Shown piece after piece: positions 12,781 through 28,831 of a stretch of DNA of 64,000 bases; the stretch's first letter is position 1; each line of letters starts with the position of its first letter. The position numbers and the translations under genes were made by a program. A model generated the notes under the pieces. It did no database searches. It worked only from the letters and a program-made list of their open reading frames with translations, and was not told where the DNA came from. Source of the DNA: the human T2T-CHM13v2.0 reference genome, Homo sapiens; assembly GCF_009914755.1 (NCBI RefSeq), contig NC_060931.1; one strand, written 5' to 3'.

Positions 12781-14235
12781 CCCAAAAGCTCTGCTGTTGA
12801 ATAGCAATTTACCCAGAGTAGAACTTATTTCAAAATTGAATTCAATTTTCTCAAACCCTGCCATTATTTTATCGACTAAATTCATATGATATTCTAAATT
12901 CTTTGTCATTATTTCAGCAATGTTCACAGCATCTTCACCAGGAGTAGACGCCATGACAAGAAACTGTTTTCCCTGCTAATCAATAAGAAGCAGCTCCTCA
13001 CCTGTTCATGTTAGATAATGGATTGCAGCAATTCAGTCACTTCTTCAGGTTCCACTTCTAAATATAGTTATCTGGCTTTTCTACCACATCTGCAGTTGCT
13101 TCCTCCACTGCAGACTAAACCCCTCAAAGTCATTCATGAGGGGTGGAAACAACTTTTTTTAAACTCCTGTTAATGTTGATATTCTAACCCCTTCCATAAA
13201 TCACAAATGGTCTTAATATCTAAAAGGTAAATACTTTCTGAAAGGTGTACAATTTACTATGTGCAGATCCATTAGAGGAATCACAATCCATGGCAGCTAT
13301 AACCTTACAAAATGTATGTCCTAAATAATAAGACTCAAAAGTAAAAAAATACTCAATGATCTGTGGGGTGCAGAATGGATGTTGTGTTAGTGGGCATGAA
13401 AATTATATTAATCTCCTTGTCCATCTCCATCAGAGCTCCAGGCGACTAGGTGCATTGTCAATGAGTAATAATAGTTTGGAAAAAAAAATCATTTTTTATT
13501 CTGAGAAGCCGGTCTCAAGAGTAGACTTAAAATATTCAATAAGCCATGCTGTCATCCAGGCTTTTTTATCCCATTGATAGAACACAGGCAGAATAGATTT
13601 AGCATAATTGTTAAAGAGTTCTGGGATTTTCAGAATGGTAAATGAGCATTGATTTCAACTTAGAGTCACCAGTTCCATTAGCCTCCAGTAAGAAAGTCAA
13701 CCTGTTGGTCATGGTAAGCCTAGCTTTTGTCCTGTCTTTGCTTTCAACATGCTTTCCTTGCTAAGCTTAATCATTTCTAGTTTTTGATTGAAAGTGACAG
13801 ATGTTCAACTCCTTTTTTCATCTGAACACTCTGGGTAATTATGGCCTAATTTTAATAATGTTGTAGCCAAGAATTATGGAAGTCTAAGGAAAGGGAGAGA
13901 GATGGGGGAAGAGCTGGTTGGTGGAGTAGTCAGAACACACACAATATATATCAGTTATGTTTGCTGTCTTATATGAGCACAGTTTATGGCACCCCAAAAT
14001 AATTACAATTCTAACATCAAAGATCACTGATCCCAGATCACCATAACAGTTATAATAATAATGATAACATTTTAAATATGTGAGAACTACCAAAATGTGA
14101 CACAAAGACACAAAATGAGCACATGCTATCAGGAAAATGGCTCCAACAGACTTGCTCCACAGCAAAGTTGCCACAAACATTTAATTGAAAAGATGCAATC
14201 TGTGAAGCACAAAAAAGCAAAGTGCAGTAACACTC
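12781..14235 (-). mobile_element. Tigger1 DNA transposon, 5' ~1.45 kb
   Basis: Minus strand matches recalled Tigger1 5' end (tgtttgtggcaac...gtgtcacattttggta...gatcagtgatctttgatgtt) and decayed transposase region. Confidence 0.88.
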
Positions 14236-14239
14236 AACA

Positions 14240-14923
14240 TTTCTGTACATCAGATTTTCTTTATCCAGTCAACTGACAAAAGACATTTAGGTTATCTCCG
14301 TATATTGGCTGTCGTGAAGAATTCTCCAATGAACATGAAAGTGCACATATCTCTTTGTGATCCTGTTTTCAATTCCTTTGGATATATACCCAGAAGTGGG
14401 ATTCCTGGATCACACAGTAGTTCTATTTTTAATTATTTGAGGAAATTCTATACTGTTTTTTGTAATGGCTGCTTTAGTAAGTTGTATTTTCATTTTTCTT
14501 TGCATTGATGTATTTTTAAATTTTCTTTCAATTTCCTCCTTTACCCAGTTTTTATTCAAGAATGTGTTATTTCATTTTTCTGTGTTTGTGAATTGTCCTT
14601 TTTGTTTCTGTTATTGCTCTCTAGTTTCATTGCACTATGATCTGAGAAAATACTTGGCATAATTTCAATCTTCTTAAATTTGCTAATATTCACTTTAACA
14701 TGTAATCTATTATGGATAATGTTCTGTGTGCCCTAGAGAAGAATGTGCATTTGGCTGCTGTTGGCTGGACATTTCCGTATATGTCTACTTGGTTCATTTG
14801 GTTTATAATGTTGTTCAAGTCAGTTGTCTGTTACTGATTTTTTGGTGGATATTTTATCCTTTATTGAAATGGGGTATTAAAGTTTCTTACTGTTATTGTA
14901 TTACTGTCAATTTCTCCATTCAC
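14240..14923 (-). mobile_element. Old L1MA/MB fragment, host of the L1PA insertion (continues 21157-~21730)
   Basis: L1 motifs ggatatatacccagaagtgggatt and agagaagaatgtgcatt; colinear across the L1PA TSD. Confidence 0.8.
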
Positions 14924-15171
14924 ATCTGTCAAACATTTCTTTTTTTTATTTTTTTTATTTTATTATTATTATACTTTAAGTTTTAGGGTACATGTGCACA
15001 ATGTTCAGGTTAGTTGCATATGTATACATGTGGCATGCTGGTGTGCTGCACCCATTAACTCGTCATTTAGCATTAGGTATATCTCCGAATGCTATCCCTC
15101 CCCCCTCCCCCACCCCACAACAGTCCCCAGAGTGTGATGTTCCCCTTCCTGTGTCCATGTGTTCTCATTGT

Positions 15172-19010
<3,839 letters not shown>

Positions 19011-19073
19011 TATGATGTTAGCTGGTTATTTTGCTCATTAGTTGATGCAGTTTCTTCCAAGCCTCGATGGTCT

Positions 19074-20090
19074 TTACAATTTGGCATGATTTTGCAGTGG
19101 CTGGTACTGGTTGTTCCTTTCCATGTTTAGTGCTTCCTTCAGGAGTTCTTTTAGGGCAGGCCTGGTGGTGACAAAATCTCTCAGCATTTGCTTGTCTGTA
19201 AAGTATTTTCTTTCCCCTTCACTTATGAAGCTTAGTTTGGCTGGATATGAGATTCTGGGTTGAAAATTCTTTTCTTTAAGAATGTTGAATATTGGCCCCC
19301 ACTCTCTTCTGGCTTGTAGAGTTTCTGCCGAGAGATCCGCTGTTAGTCTGATGGACTTCCCTTTGTGGGTAACCCAACCTTTCTCTCTGGCTGCCCTTAA
19401 CATTTTTTCCTTCATTTCAACTTTGATGAATCTGACAATTATGTTTCTTGGAGTTGCTCTTCTCAAGGAGTATCTTTGTGGTGTTCTCTGTATTTCCTGA
19501 ATCTGAATGTTGGCCTGCTTTGCTAGATTGGGGAAGTTCTCCTGGATAATATCCTGCGGAGTGTTTTCCAACTTGGTTCCATTCTCCCTGTCACTTTCAG
19601 GTACAACAATCAGACGTAGATTTGGTCTTTTCACATAGTCCCATATTTCTTGGAGGCTTTGTTCGTTTCTTTATATTCTTTTTTCTCTAAACTTCCCTTC
19701 TCTCTTCATTTCATTCATTTCATCTTCCATCATTGATACCCTTTCTTCCAGTTGATCACATCGGCTCCTGAGGGTTCTGCATTCTTCATGTAGTTCTTGA
19801 GCATTGGCTTTCAGCTCCATCAGCTCCTTTAAGCACTTCTCTGTATTGGTTATTCTAGTTATACATTCGTCTAAATTTTTTTCAAAGTTTTCAGCTTCTT
19901 TGCCTTTGGTTTGAATTTCCTCCTGTAGCTCAGAGTAGTTTGATTGTCTGAAGCCTTCTTCTCTCAACTCTTCAAAGTCATTCTCTGTCCAGCTTTGTTC
20001 CGTTGCTGGTGAGGAACTGCATTCCTTTGGAGGAGGAGAGGCGCTCTGCTTTTTAGAGTTTCCAGTTTTTCTGTTCTGTTTTTTCCCCAT
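19074..20090 (-). pseudogene. L1 ORF1p with one premature stop
   Basis: MGKKQNRKTGNSK start; 339 codons in one frame; TAA at codon 140 (19671-19673). Confidence 0.97.
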
Positions 20091-20675
20091 CTTTGTGGTT
20101 TTATCTACTTTTGGTCTTTGATGATGGTGACGTACAGATGGGTTTTTGGTGTGGATGTCCTTTCTGTTTGTTAGTTTTCCTTCTAACAGACAGGACCCTC
20201 AGCTGCAGGTCTGTTGGAGTTTGCTAGAGGTCCACTCTAGACCCTGTTTGCTTGGGTACCAGCAGTGGTGGCTGTAGAACAGCGGATTTTCGTGAACCGC
20301 GAATGCTGCTGTCTGATCGTTCCTCTGGAAGTTTTGTCTCAGAGGAGTACCTGGCCGTGTGAGGTGTCAGTCTATCCCTACTGGGGGATGCCTCCCAGTG
20401 AGGCTGCTCGGGTGTCAGGAGTCAGGGACCCACTTGAGGAGGCAGTCTGCCCATTCTGTGATCTCTAGCCACGTGCTGGGAGAGAACCACTGCTCTCTTC
20501 AAAGCTGTCAGACAGGGTCATTTAAGTCTGCAGAGGTTACTGCTGTCTTTTTGTTTGTCTGTGCCCTGCCCCCAGAGGTGGAGCCTACAGAGGCAGGCAG
20601 ACCTCCTTGAGCTGTGGTGGGCTCCACCCAGTTCGAGTTTCCCGCCTGCTTTGTTTACCTAACCAAGCCTGGGCA

Positions 20676-21158
20676 ATGGCGGGCGCCCCTCCCCCAGCCT
20701 GGCTGCCACCTTGCAGTTTGATCTCAGACTGCTGTGCTAGCAATCAGCGAGACTCCGTGGGCGTAGGACCCTCCCAGCCAGGTGCAGGATATAATCTCCT
20801 GGTGCACCTTTTTTTAAGCCCATTAGAAAAGGGCAGTATTCGGGTGGGAGTGACCCGATTTTCCAGGTGCCGTCTGTCACCCCTTTCTTTGACTAGGAAA
20901 GGGAACTCCCTGACCCCTTGCACTTCCCGAGTGAGGCAATGCCTCACCCTGCTTCTGCTCGTGCACATTGCGCTGCACCCACTGTCCTGTGCCCACTGTC
21001 TGGCACTCCCTAGTGAGATGAACCCGGTACCTCAGATGGAAATGCAGAAATCACCCGTCTTCTGCCTCGCTCAAGCTGGGCACTGTAGATGGGAGCTGAT
21101 CCTATTCAGCCATCTTGGCTCCACCCTGCCACCAGAGAGATCTGTCAAACATTTCTAA
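20676..21158 (+). CDS. L1 antisense ORF0, open for 160 aa
   Basis: gcaATGG context; MAGAPPPAWLPPCSLISDCCASNQRDSVGVGP matches the known ORF0 N-terminus; expression unknown. Confidence 0.6.
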   Translation: MAGAPPPAWLPPCSLISDCCASNQRDSVGVGPSQPGAGYNLLVHLFLSPLEKGSIRVGVTRFSRCRLSPLSLTRKGNSLTPCTSRVRQCLTLLLLVHIALHPLSCAHCLALPSEMNPVPQMEMQKSPVFCLAQAGHCRWELILFSHLGSTLPPERSVKHF

Positions 21159-21734
21159 CATGTTTAGGTGGTCTGAGGTTGGGTGCATACAGATTTATAA
21201 CTGCTATATCTTCTTGTTAACTTGAACTTTTATCCTTATATAAAGTCCTTTTTGTCTCTAGTGATAGTTTTTTACTTAGATTTTTTTTATTTCTTATATA
21301 AGTTTAGCCACTCCTGCTCTCTCGTCTCTACCATTTGCATGAAATATCATTGTCTATCTCTTCACATTTAGTCTAGGTGTTTCCTTTTGTCTTGAGTCTC
21401 TTGTATACAAAAATCATGCTTTTTATTTCCATTTTTTAAATCCATTCAGCCACTCTGTGTCTTTTTATTGGAAAATTTAATTTATTTATATTAAAGTGAT
21501 TATTGATAAATAAGAACTTACTATTGCCATTTAAAAAATTGTCTTCTGTCTGTTTTGCATTTATTTTGTTTCTCTGTTGCTGCTTTCTTTTGTTATTTGA
21601 TTATTGCTTTGTGGTAGTTTTGTTTGATTCCTTTTTCTATTTCTGTCATCTACTACAAGTTTTTCTTTTGTGGTTAACATGAGGTTTATAGGAATCTTTG
21701 TGTAGTTAAAACTGTCTATTTTAAGATTTTTTTC

Positions 21735-23900
21735 TTTTATGCTAATGTAAATGGTATTGTGTTTTTAATTTCAAATTCAAATTTTTCATTTCCAGTATAA
21801 AGCAAAGCAATTGCCTTTGAATATTAACCTTACAATTTAGATGTTGATAAATCACTTTTTGTTTCAGACGTTGTTTAATTGATTTGAGATTTTCTAAATA
21901 GACAATTATATTATCCAAAAACAAAGAAATGCTCATTTTTTCAAATATCTACATTGCATTTATTTTTTTGTCTTACTGCTTTAGCTAATTTTTCCAATAC
22001 TATGTTGAATATGAATGATAAGAGAAGACATTTTTGCCTTGCTTCCCAATCTCAGAGGAAAATAATCCAGTTTTCCTTATGAAGTAAGAAGGTAGATTTA
22101 GGTTTTATTTTTTTGTTGTTGTTATCAAATTGAGGAAGTTCCCCTTCATTCCTAGTGAGCTGAGAGTTTTATCATAAATGGGTGTTGGATTGTGTGAAAT
22201 ATTTATTCTGTGTCAGTTGATATTATTTGATTTTTCTGCTTTAGCCTGTGGATTGTACGAATTTTTAAAAGTTGATGCAGCCTAACATACCTGAAATAAA
22301 TTCCAGGTGGTTGTGATATATAATTATTTTATACATTGTTTTATTTGATTTGATAATATTTTGTTGAGGATATTCACATCCAAGTTTATGAGAGAAGTCA
22401 GAATTTTTCCTTTTTTATAATGTCTTTTTCGGATTTGTTATTAGTATAATGCTAGCCTCATGGAATAAGTTAGGAAATGTGTACTCTGCTTTTTATATTC
22501 TGTTAGAAAGTAAAAAATTGGTATTATTTCTTTTTAAAATTTTTTTGATAGTGACAGGACTTTTGTGATTATTTGTTGTTTCTTACATGGATTTGGTTAG
22601 TTTGTGTCTTTCAAAAAATTGATCCATTTCATCTATGTTATCAAATTTGTGTAAAATGTTTTTGTTAAGTTTTTGATGTCATTGGATGAGTAGTAATGAC
22701 AACCCCCTTCACTTAATTTCTGATTTTAGTAATTTTTATCTCTCTACATTTTTCTTGGTAGAGATTTGTCCATTTTGTTCATCATTTCAAAGAACAAGCT
22801 TTTAGTTTGTTGATTTCTCTATTGATGTCCTGTCTTTAATGTCACTGAGTTTTGCTATAATTTTATTATTTCTTACCATAGGCTTTCTTAAGGTTAAACT
22901 ACTCCTCTTTTTCAAGTTCCTAGGGTAGAAATTTAGATTATTGGTATTATATATTTCATCTTTTCTATGATTTGCATTCAATGCTCTAAAAATTTTCCTC
23001 GTTTGCTACTTCCATGGCATACCACAAACTTTCTAAGTTGTTTTATTTTCACTTAGCTAAAAATGCTTTTTGTTTAACTATTTGCTAGGTAAGATATGTT
23101 TAATCTCCAATTACTTGGAGATATGTCAGCCATATTTCTATTATTAATTACTAGTTTCATTCTCTTGTGATCTGAGAATATGCTTTGATTATTTCTATTC
23201 TTTTAAATTTGTTAAAATTGGTTTTGTTCTCCAAAATGTGATTGATTCTAGTGAATGTTCCATGCAAGCTTAAGAATGCATATTTTGCTTTTGTTGGATG
23301 GCATATTCTATATAAGTCAATTCCATCCAGTTTACTAGTGATGCTGTTCAAGTCAACTATATTCTTTCAGATTTTCTGCCTACTTTACCTGTTACTTATT
23401 GAAAGAAACATGTTGAAACCTCCTACTATAATAGATGATTTGTCTATTTTTTTCTCTCAGCTGTATCAGGTTTTGCTTTATGTATTTTGATTATGTGTGG
23501 TTAGATGCATACACATTAAGAATTTTTACAGCTTCTTAGATAATTGGCCCCTTTATCATTGTGTAATTATGTATCGTTATGTAATCCCTCTTTACTCCTG
23601 ATAAGTTTCTTTGTTCTGAAGTCTGCTCTGTTTAAAATTAATATACCTACTCTCGCTTTTTAAAATTAATGTTAGCATGTCATATTTTCTCCATCCCTGT
23701 TCTTTTAATCTTTATGTTAAAAGTGTGTTTCCTGTAAACAATCGTAATTGGGCCTTGTTTGTTTGTTCATTTGTTTTCCACTCAGACAGCTTCTCTCTTT
23801 AATAGTGTTATTTGGACCACTCAAAATTAAAATAATTTTGTAAAATGTAGTTGGTTTAATACCTACCATGTTTGTGCCTACTTCCTACTCATTGCACTAA
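21735..23900 (-). mobile_element. Old L1MC-like ORF2 fragment
   Basis: Decayed ORF2 peptides (IDLYRICHPTKAKYAFLS, LFLDNIIVYLEN). Confidence 0.85.
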
Positions 23901-23997
23901 TTCTTTATGTCTTATTTCATTATTTTCTTTCTTGTATAAATAATCATAAATGTTTGAAATAATTTAAATTTCTTTTTCTTCCAAGTATTAGGCATTT

Positions 23998-24480
23998 TAT
24001 ATTAGTCAGGTTAAGTGAAATTTTGCTGTACTAACAGCTCACCACAAGCTCTCTGCAGTTAACAGAAGTTTATTATTCATCCAAATTTCTGCAATTCTGT
24101 ATAATCCTTCAGGGCAGTCGTCTTCTCTATGTGACTCCTCAATTCAGGCTTCTTCAGATTAGGATTATTCATACACAGTCTCAACACATGCATCCACAAT
24201 TGACATGCAAGATGTGAGAACAAGACAAATTGCACATGGCCTCTTAATTTTTCCATTCATACAAGTGAGAAAAGTCACTTCTACTGGCATTTTTTTTTTT
24301 TTTTTCAGAGATGGGGTCTTGGTGTTTTGCCCAGGCTGGTCTAGAACTCCTGGGCTCAAGCAGTCCTCCTGCCTCGGCCTCTCAAAGTGCTGAGATTACA
24401 TGTGTGAGCTACTACACCTGATTACTACTGACATTTTTTTAATGGTCAACAGGCAAATAACCTGGCCACATTTAACTTCA
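23998..24480 (-). mobile_element. Old MLT1-type MaLR LTR interrupted by a FLAM
   Basis: tatattagtcagg...gctgtactaaca start; aagtcactt..act..cat and ggccacatttaacttca motifs. Confidence 0.6.
24290..24420 (-). mobile_element. FLAM (Alu left monomer)
   Basis: Single antisense arm; TSD-like ctactggcattt/ctactgacattt. Confidence 0.85.
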
Positions 24481-24559
24481 TCAATTACAATACAAGGATA
24501 CAATATGATATTAAAATTAATTTTAGTAAGCTTAATTCTTATTTTTTACTGCTTTGATA

Positions 24560-26620
24560 ATGACTATATCTACTATTTCAAGATTTAACTATGATGTTTT
24601 CTATATTTTCTAGTCAATGCTCTTAAAATATCAAAGAAATTCACTTATTCTTGAGTGCCAAGAGTTTTTTTTAATTAATGTTTATTTAAATTTTCAAATA
24701 CATTTTATGCAACTATATGACCATTGACTTTTGTCTTCTTATTTATTTGTTAATGTACTGAATTACAGTGATATATTTTATATTAATAAAACTTAATTAT
24801 TTACTGATATAAAATGCATTGGTTTATTATTTTTAATATATAGAAAAATAAAATAGTCATTCTTTCATAACTTTCAGCATATTTGTCTTTTTCTGATATT
24901 CTCTTGTAGTTTTCCTTTCATAAGTTGTCTTGTTTTGAATTTGATAGCAATTATGCTAGACTCTTAATATCATACCAAGATATTATTTTGTGTGTGTTGG
25001 GGACAATTTCAGTGGACATACCTGCTTTTTTAAGTATAGATGGTAAACATCACTTATAAAGCTGAGCCTTGTACTTTTATAATGGTGAAATGTTCTGTAA
25101 TGGTATTTGGACTATTTCGGTTTTTCACTCTAACAAGAAGATTTCGATCATTTTTAAAGTATTAGAAAATATTGATTTTAAGCCAAATTTCAGTTCTTTT
25201 GCTTCAGAATAAGATTTTAAAACTTAATATTATTTTATATCCTCCTACAGTAACTATCATCTTCAACCTTTCCTAATGATAAAATCAGGAATTGTAGTTA
25301 TTATTATTATAATAACTTATTCATTTTAACAACTCTATCTCATTTGGGCAACTATAACTTTTATTTATCTCTTTGATCATCATTGACTTGTGCATCTCCA
25401 GTGATCTACAGAGATTCATTACTTTTCTCTAATGAAATATATCTTCCGTAGTTCTTTCAAAGAGAAACTAGTTGACAGATTTTTTAGTCCTTAAATGTCT
25501 GAAACATCTTTATTTCATCTTCAAATTTAAATGATTATTCAGCTGTTCTGGGTTAAACATTGATTTTCTCAAACACTTCTCAAATTTTGCTTCATAATCT
25601 TTTTATATATGCTGTTGCCAAAAATATCAGAAAATAACAGTAACAATGAACTAACCCCATATATCAGAAACTGTTCCAATAATTTTACAAATATTATATA
25701 ATTTAATGGTCCTAACTGCCTAATAAGGCAGTAGTTGTTTTTCTAATTTTATAAGTAAGCAAAGTGGAAACATAATGTTAATTTCACAGTGGAATACTGA
25801 TAGGAAGTGGTGGAGCTGGGCTCAATCCCAGCCAACTGGCTTTAGTCTATACTCTTGACCAAAGTGTTCACCAGCCTCCCATGCCTGTGTGACTCCTGTT
25901 CCATAGACAACATATTAATTTTGTCAGTGTTGGAGTTTAAGAACATTACTCTGTAATCAACATTGTAAAGTTTATCTACAATTTGTGTAGGTATGAGTTT
26001 CATTTAATTTGTGCTATCCAGAAATTGTTACTCCCCTTTTAAATCACTATGAAAGTTACATATTATTCCTTATTGTATTGAATCTCCCTTATTCATTCTA
26101 TTATTTTTTTTCTGGAACTTTCTTCAGATTGTTATGAATCTTTATTCCATATTTCCCATCATTTTGCTATTTTGCTGCATTCTGAGGCAATTACAGAGCT
26201 TTAATTTTTAGTTTAATAATGAGCTGTTCATCAGTATTTAATCTTATATTCAGAAAATCTACTCTTTTTAAATAAACATTTTACTTTATTATTTAACAAT
26301 CTTTAACTTTCTTTTCCCTAATCTTTTACTTTATTATTTCCCAATCTTTAACTTTCTTTTCCTATTATTTAACAATCTTTAACTTTCTTTTCCCTACTCT
26401 ATATCCTTGTTCATAATATCCTAATCCAGATATATGGATGAAATGACTTTTCTTTTGCCTTAGGCGAGATTCATACTTCTGAAAACTTTTTGTTGTTATA
26501 TTACATGGTATTAAATTATATTATAAAGGATAAGACCCTGTATTTGTTGAGTTGATGCATATTCATCATGGTGCAGGCAATCTTAAATGCAAGCTCATTT
26601 CTGCAGGTTGGATCCTCAAG
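24560..26620 (-). mobile_element. Very old L1ME/HAL1-like tract, with a MIR at ~25640-25880
   Basis: T-rich, motifs such as tctttatttcatcttcaaatttaaatgattattcagctg; boundaries approximate. Confidence 0.45.
26284..26396. repeat. Imperfect ~3-copy tandem repeat
   Basis: Core caatctttaactttcttttcc repeated three times. Confidence 0.9.
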
Positions 26621-26771
26621 CTCTTTCCTCTCTTAATCCCAGCAGCCCTGCATACCTAGGAACAGAAGGGTAGACCTGGCTCCTGGGCCTTTTGCTCTGC
26701 ACTGTGTTTAGTGTGAGTTGATATGGGATGGGTGTGATTCTGACTCAGGTCCCTGGAGAGCTCCTCTTTTG

Positions 26772-27662
26772 TATATTTCTTTGGAAAGCAATTTATCAGC
26801 CACATACAATTAGAGGTACTTGAGGAAAATACTATCATCTCAAAACCAAGCACAACACTAGCATCCTCTCCTTGTTCCTTCCAAGTATTGCCAGTTACCT
26901 GGGCACTGTTCTGTCTCTCAAGTGCAAACTTGGCTGCTAGACAGCGGAAAACACATTTTTGCATCTCTCTTAAGGGTTAGGGCTGATTCAAGAAACTCAT
27001 AAATTATTTGACACTCTTCCCATACAGAGGTGTGGTCAGAGTCCCTCTCTTTGAATCTGAGCTGCTCTGTGACTACTTAGGCTCAGAGAGTATAGTAGAT
27101 ACAGTACTAGTTTGTAGATACAGTACTAGTAGTACAGTACTCGTACAGTCTTGGTTCTTTAGATGTCTGAACTGCCATGGAAGGATCCCAAGTTCCCTGT
27201 TGGAAGGGCCATGTGGGGACAGAGAGGGGCCCAGATGAGCCCAGGCTTCCAGCCGTCCCAATCATCTTGGATTCTACAGTCAAGTCAAAACACCATCTGC
27301 ACACATCAATGACTCCAGTCAACATTACGTGGAGTAGAATTGCCTAACTAAGCTTTGCTTGGACTCTTAAACCACAAAATATATTTAAAAAATTGTTGTT
27401 GTTGAAGTTCTGGCGTAGTTTGTTTTTGCTATGTAGGCATAGGTAACAAAAAGAGAGCCAATAAGAGAGATACCCAGATTTTGCATGTCCTGCATTCTCC
27501 TACCAAAGAATCTCAGCAAATCGTTCTAACTCTCTTGCTCTAGAATTCTGCCACATCAAGATGTCAATACTGCTAGTGTTGCACTTGGTTTTGAGATGAT
27601 ACTAATCTCCCTAAGTACCCCTAATTGCATTTGGCTGATATTTTGTTTTCCAAAGAAATATA
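26772..27662. repeat. Inverted repeat with 92-bp arms (26772-26863, 27571-27662)
   Basis: Ungapped, 79/92 matches by hand count. Confidence 0.95.
27003..27452 (+). mobile_element. MLT1F/G/H-like MaLR LTR
   Basis: tttgacactcttccca...cctctctttgaatctgag start; ttgttgttg...ataggtaac end. Confidence 0.65.
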
Positions 27663-27859
27663 TGTGGGACTGTAAGAAAAAGGGAATATATGCTTCAGTT
27701 TGCCATATGGATACTGCTATTTTATAGGATGTTTTGCCAAATATCAGGGGTACTCATTTTCCTTTATCAAGTGTGAACTTAATTAGTTATTTAGCTTACA
27801 ATGGCTTTGACCAAAGGAGTCAGAATTGTAAAAAGCATATGTTACAAATACTTATTTAG

Positions 27860-28027
27860 TATTTATTTAATTTTATTTTTAGAGATAGGGTCTCATTCTG
27901 TCACCCAGTTTGGAGTACAGTGGCAGGATCATAGCTCATCACAACCTCGAACTCCTGGGCCCGAGTTGTCCTCCTCTTTAGGCCTCCCTAGTAGCTGGGA
28001 CTACAAGAACGTGCCACCACGCCCAGC
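27860..28027 (-). mobile_element. FRAM / AluJ right arm
   Basis: Single antisense arm; TSD-like aatacttattt on both sides. Confidence 0.85.
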
Positions 28028-28374
28028 TCCAATACTTATTTTATCCCAAGAAATTCCTTTTATATTTTACTCAAGATATAAACAATTAGGAAATATTACA
28101 CTCAGTGTCCTCCCATCTTTGATGGATGAGCTTTTTTACTTTAGTGGAAAGTTTTCAACAGTGAGGACTCACAGTAGGTAGGGTGGTCAGAAAGGCCTCA
28201 CTCATGTATAAACTGCAAACGTATGACCTGATCTTCTCCATGTATAGCCAGTGCAGATGAATAAGATAATGACATGGGTTTTTTCTCTCTCCTTTGAAAC
28301 ACTGTGTAAGGTTATCTTACTCTCACAAGAGAAAGAGTCAAGAATTTCTCAGGGCAGAAACCTACATGTCACAC

Positions 28375-28540
28375 TTAGCTGAAGAGCACCTGTTTCCTTT
28401 CCTGTTCACTAGTTTTCTTTCAGGGCCAGGAAGGCCCAGCACTTTGGATACGCTATACCAAGATTAACGAGTGCAGAACAAGAACATACTTTTCCAGTGG
28501 AAGTCAATTTTGTTAAAAGGTAATTGCCCAGTATCTTGAT
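28375..28540 (-). pseudogene. Lectin-domain exon 3 relic
   Basis: Acceptor ctcatctctcag; phase-2 reading SRYWAITF*QN*LPLEKYVLVLHS...SWP*KKTSEQERKQVL resembles FW..EP...ERCVVL...WGWNDVNC......VC. Confidence 0.5.
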
Positions 28541-28706
28541 CTGAGAGATGAGAATTTGTAAGAGTTTTCTGACACAAGAGAATTATCTTTCTCTCACCAT
28601 TACACTCCTTTAGTTGGCCCACAGAGTAAAAATATGTCTATTAGCCTTACCGTTGGCTGGCACAACCTGGCAGGACTTTTCTGGGTTGAACTTTCAATTT
28701 CATCCT

Positions 28707-28831
28707 CTTTCTATCATGTCATAAAAATTCTGCTCCACACACATAAAATATTTTCCATCTGTTTGCTAAAAACTCCAAAATTCCATACTTTTCACAACTT
28801 GTTACCTTTGCCTTGAATTTTCCCCATATGC
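28707..28831 (-). pseudogene. Lectin-domain exon 2 relic
   Basis: Acceptor attgtgctag; 125 nt (phase 0 to 2); ...KSMEFWSF*QTDGKYFMCVEQNFYDMIE resembles EFFIGL...WQWVDQTPY; donor decayed, alternative gtaagg donor at 28650. Confidence 0.5.
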
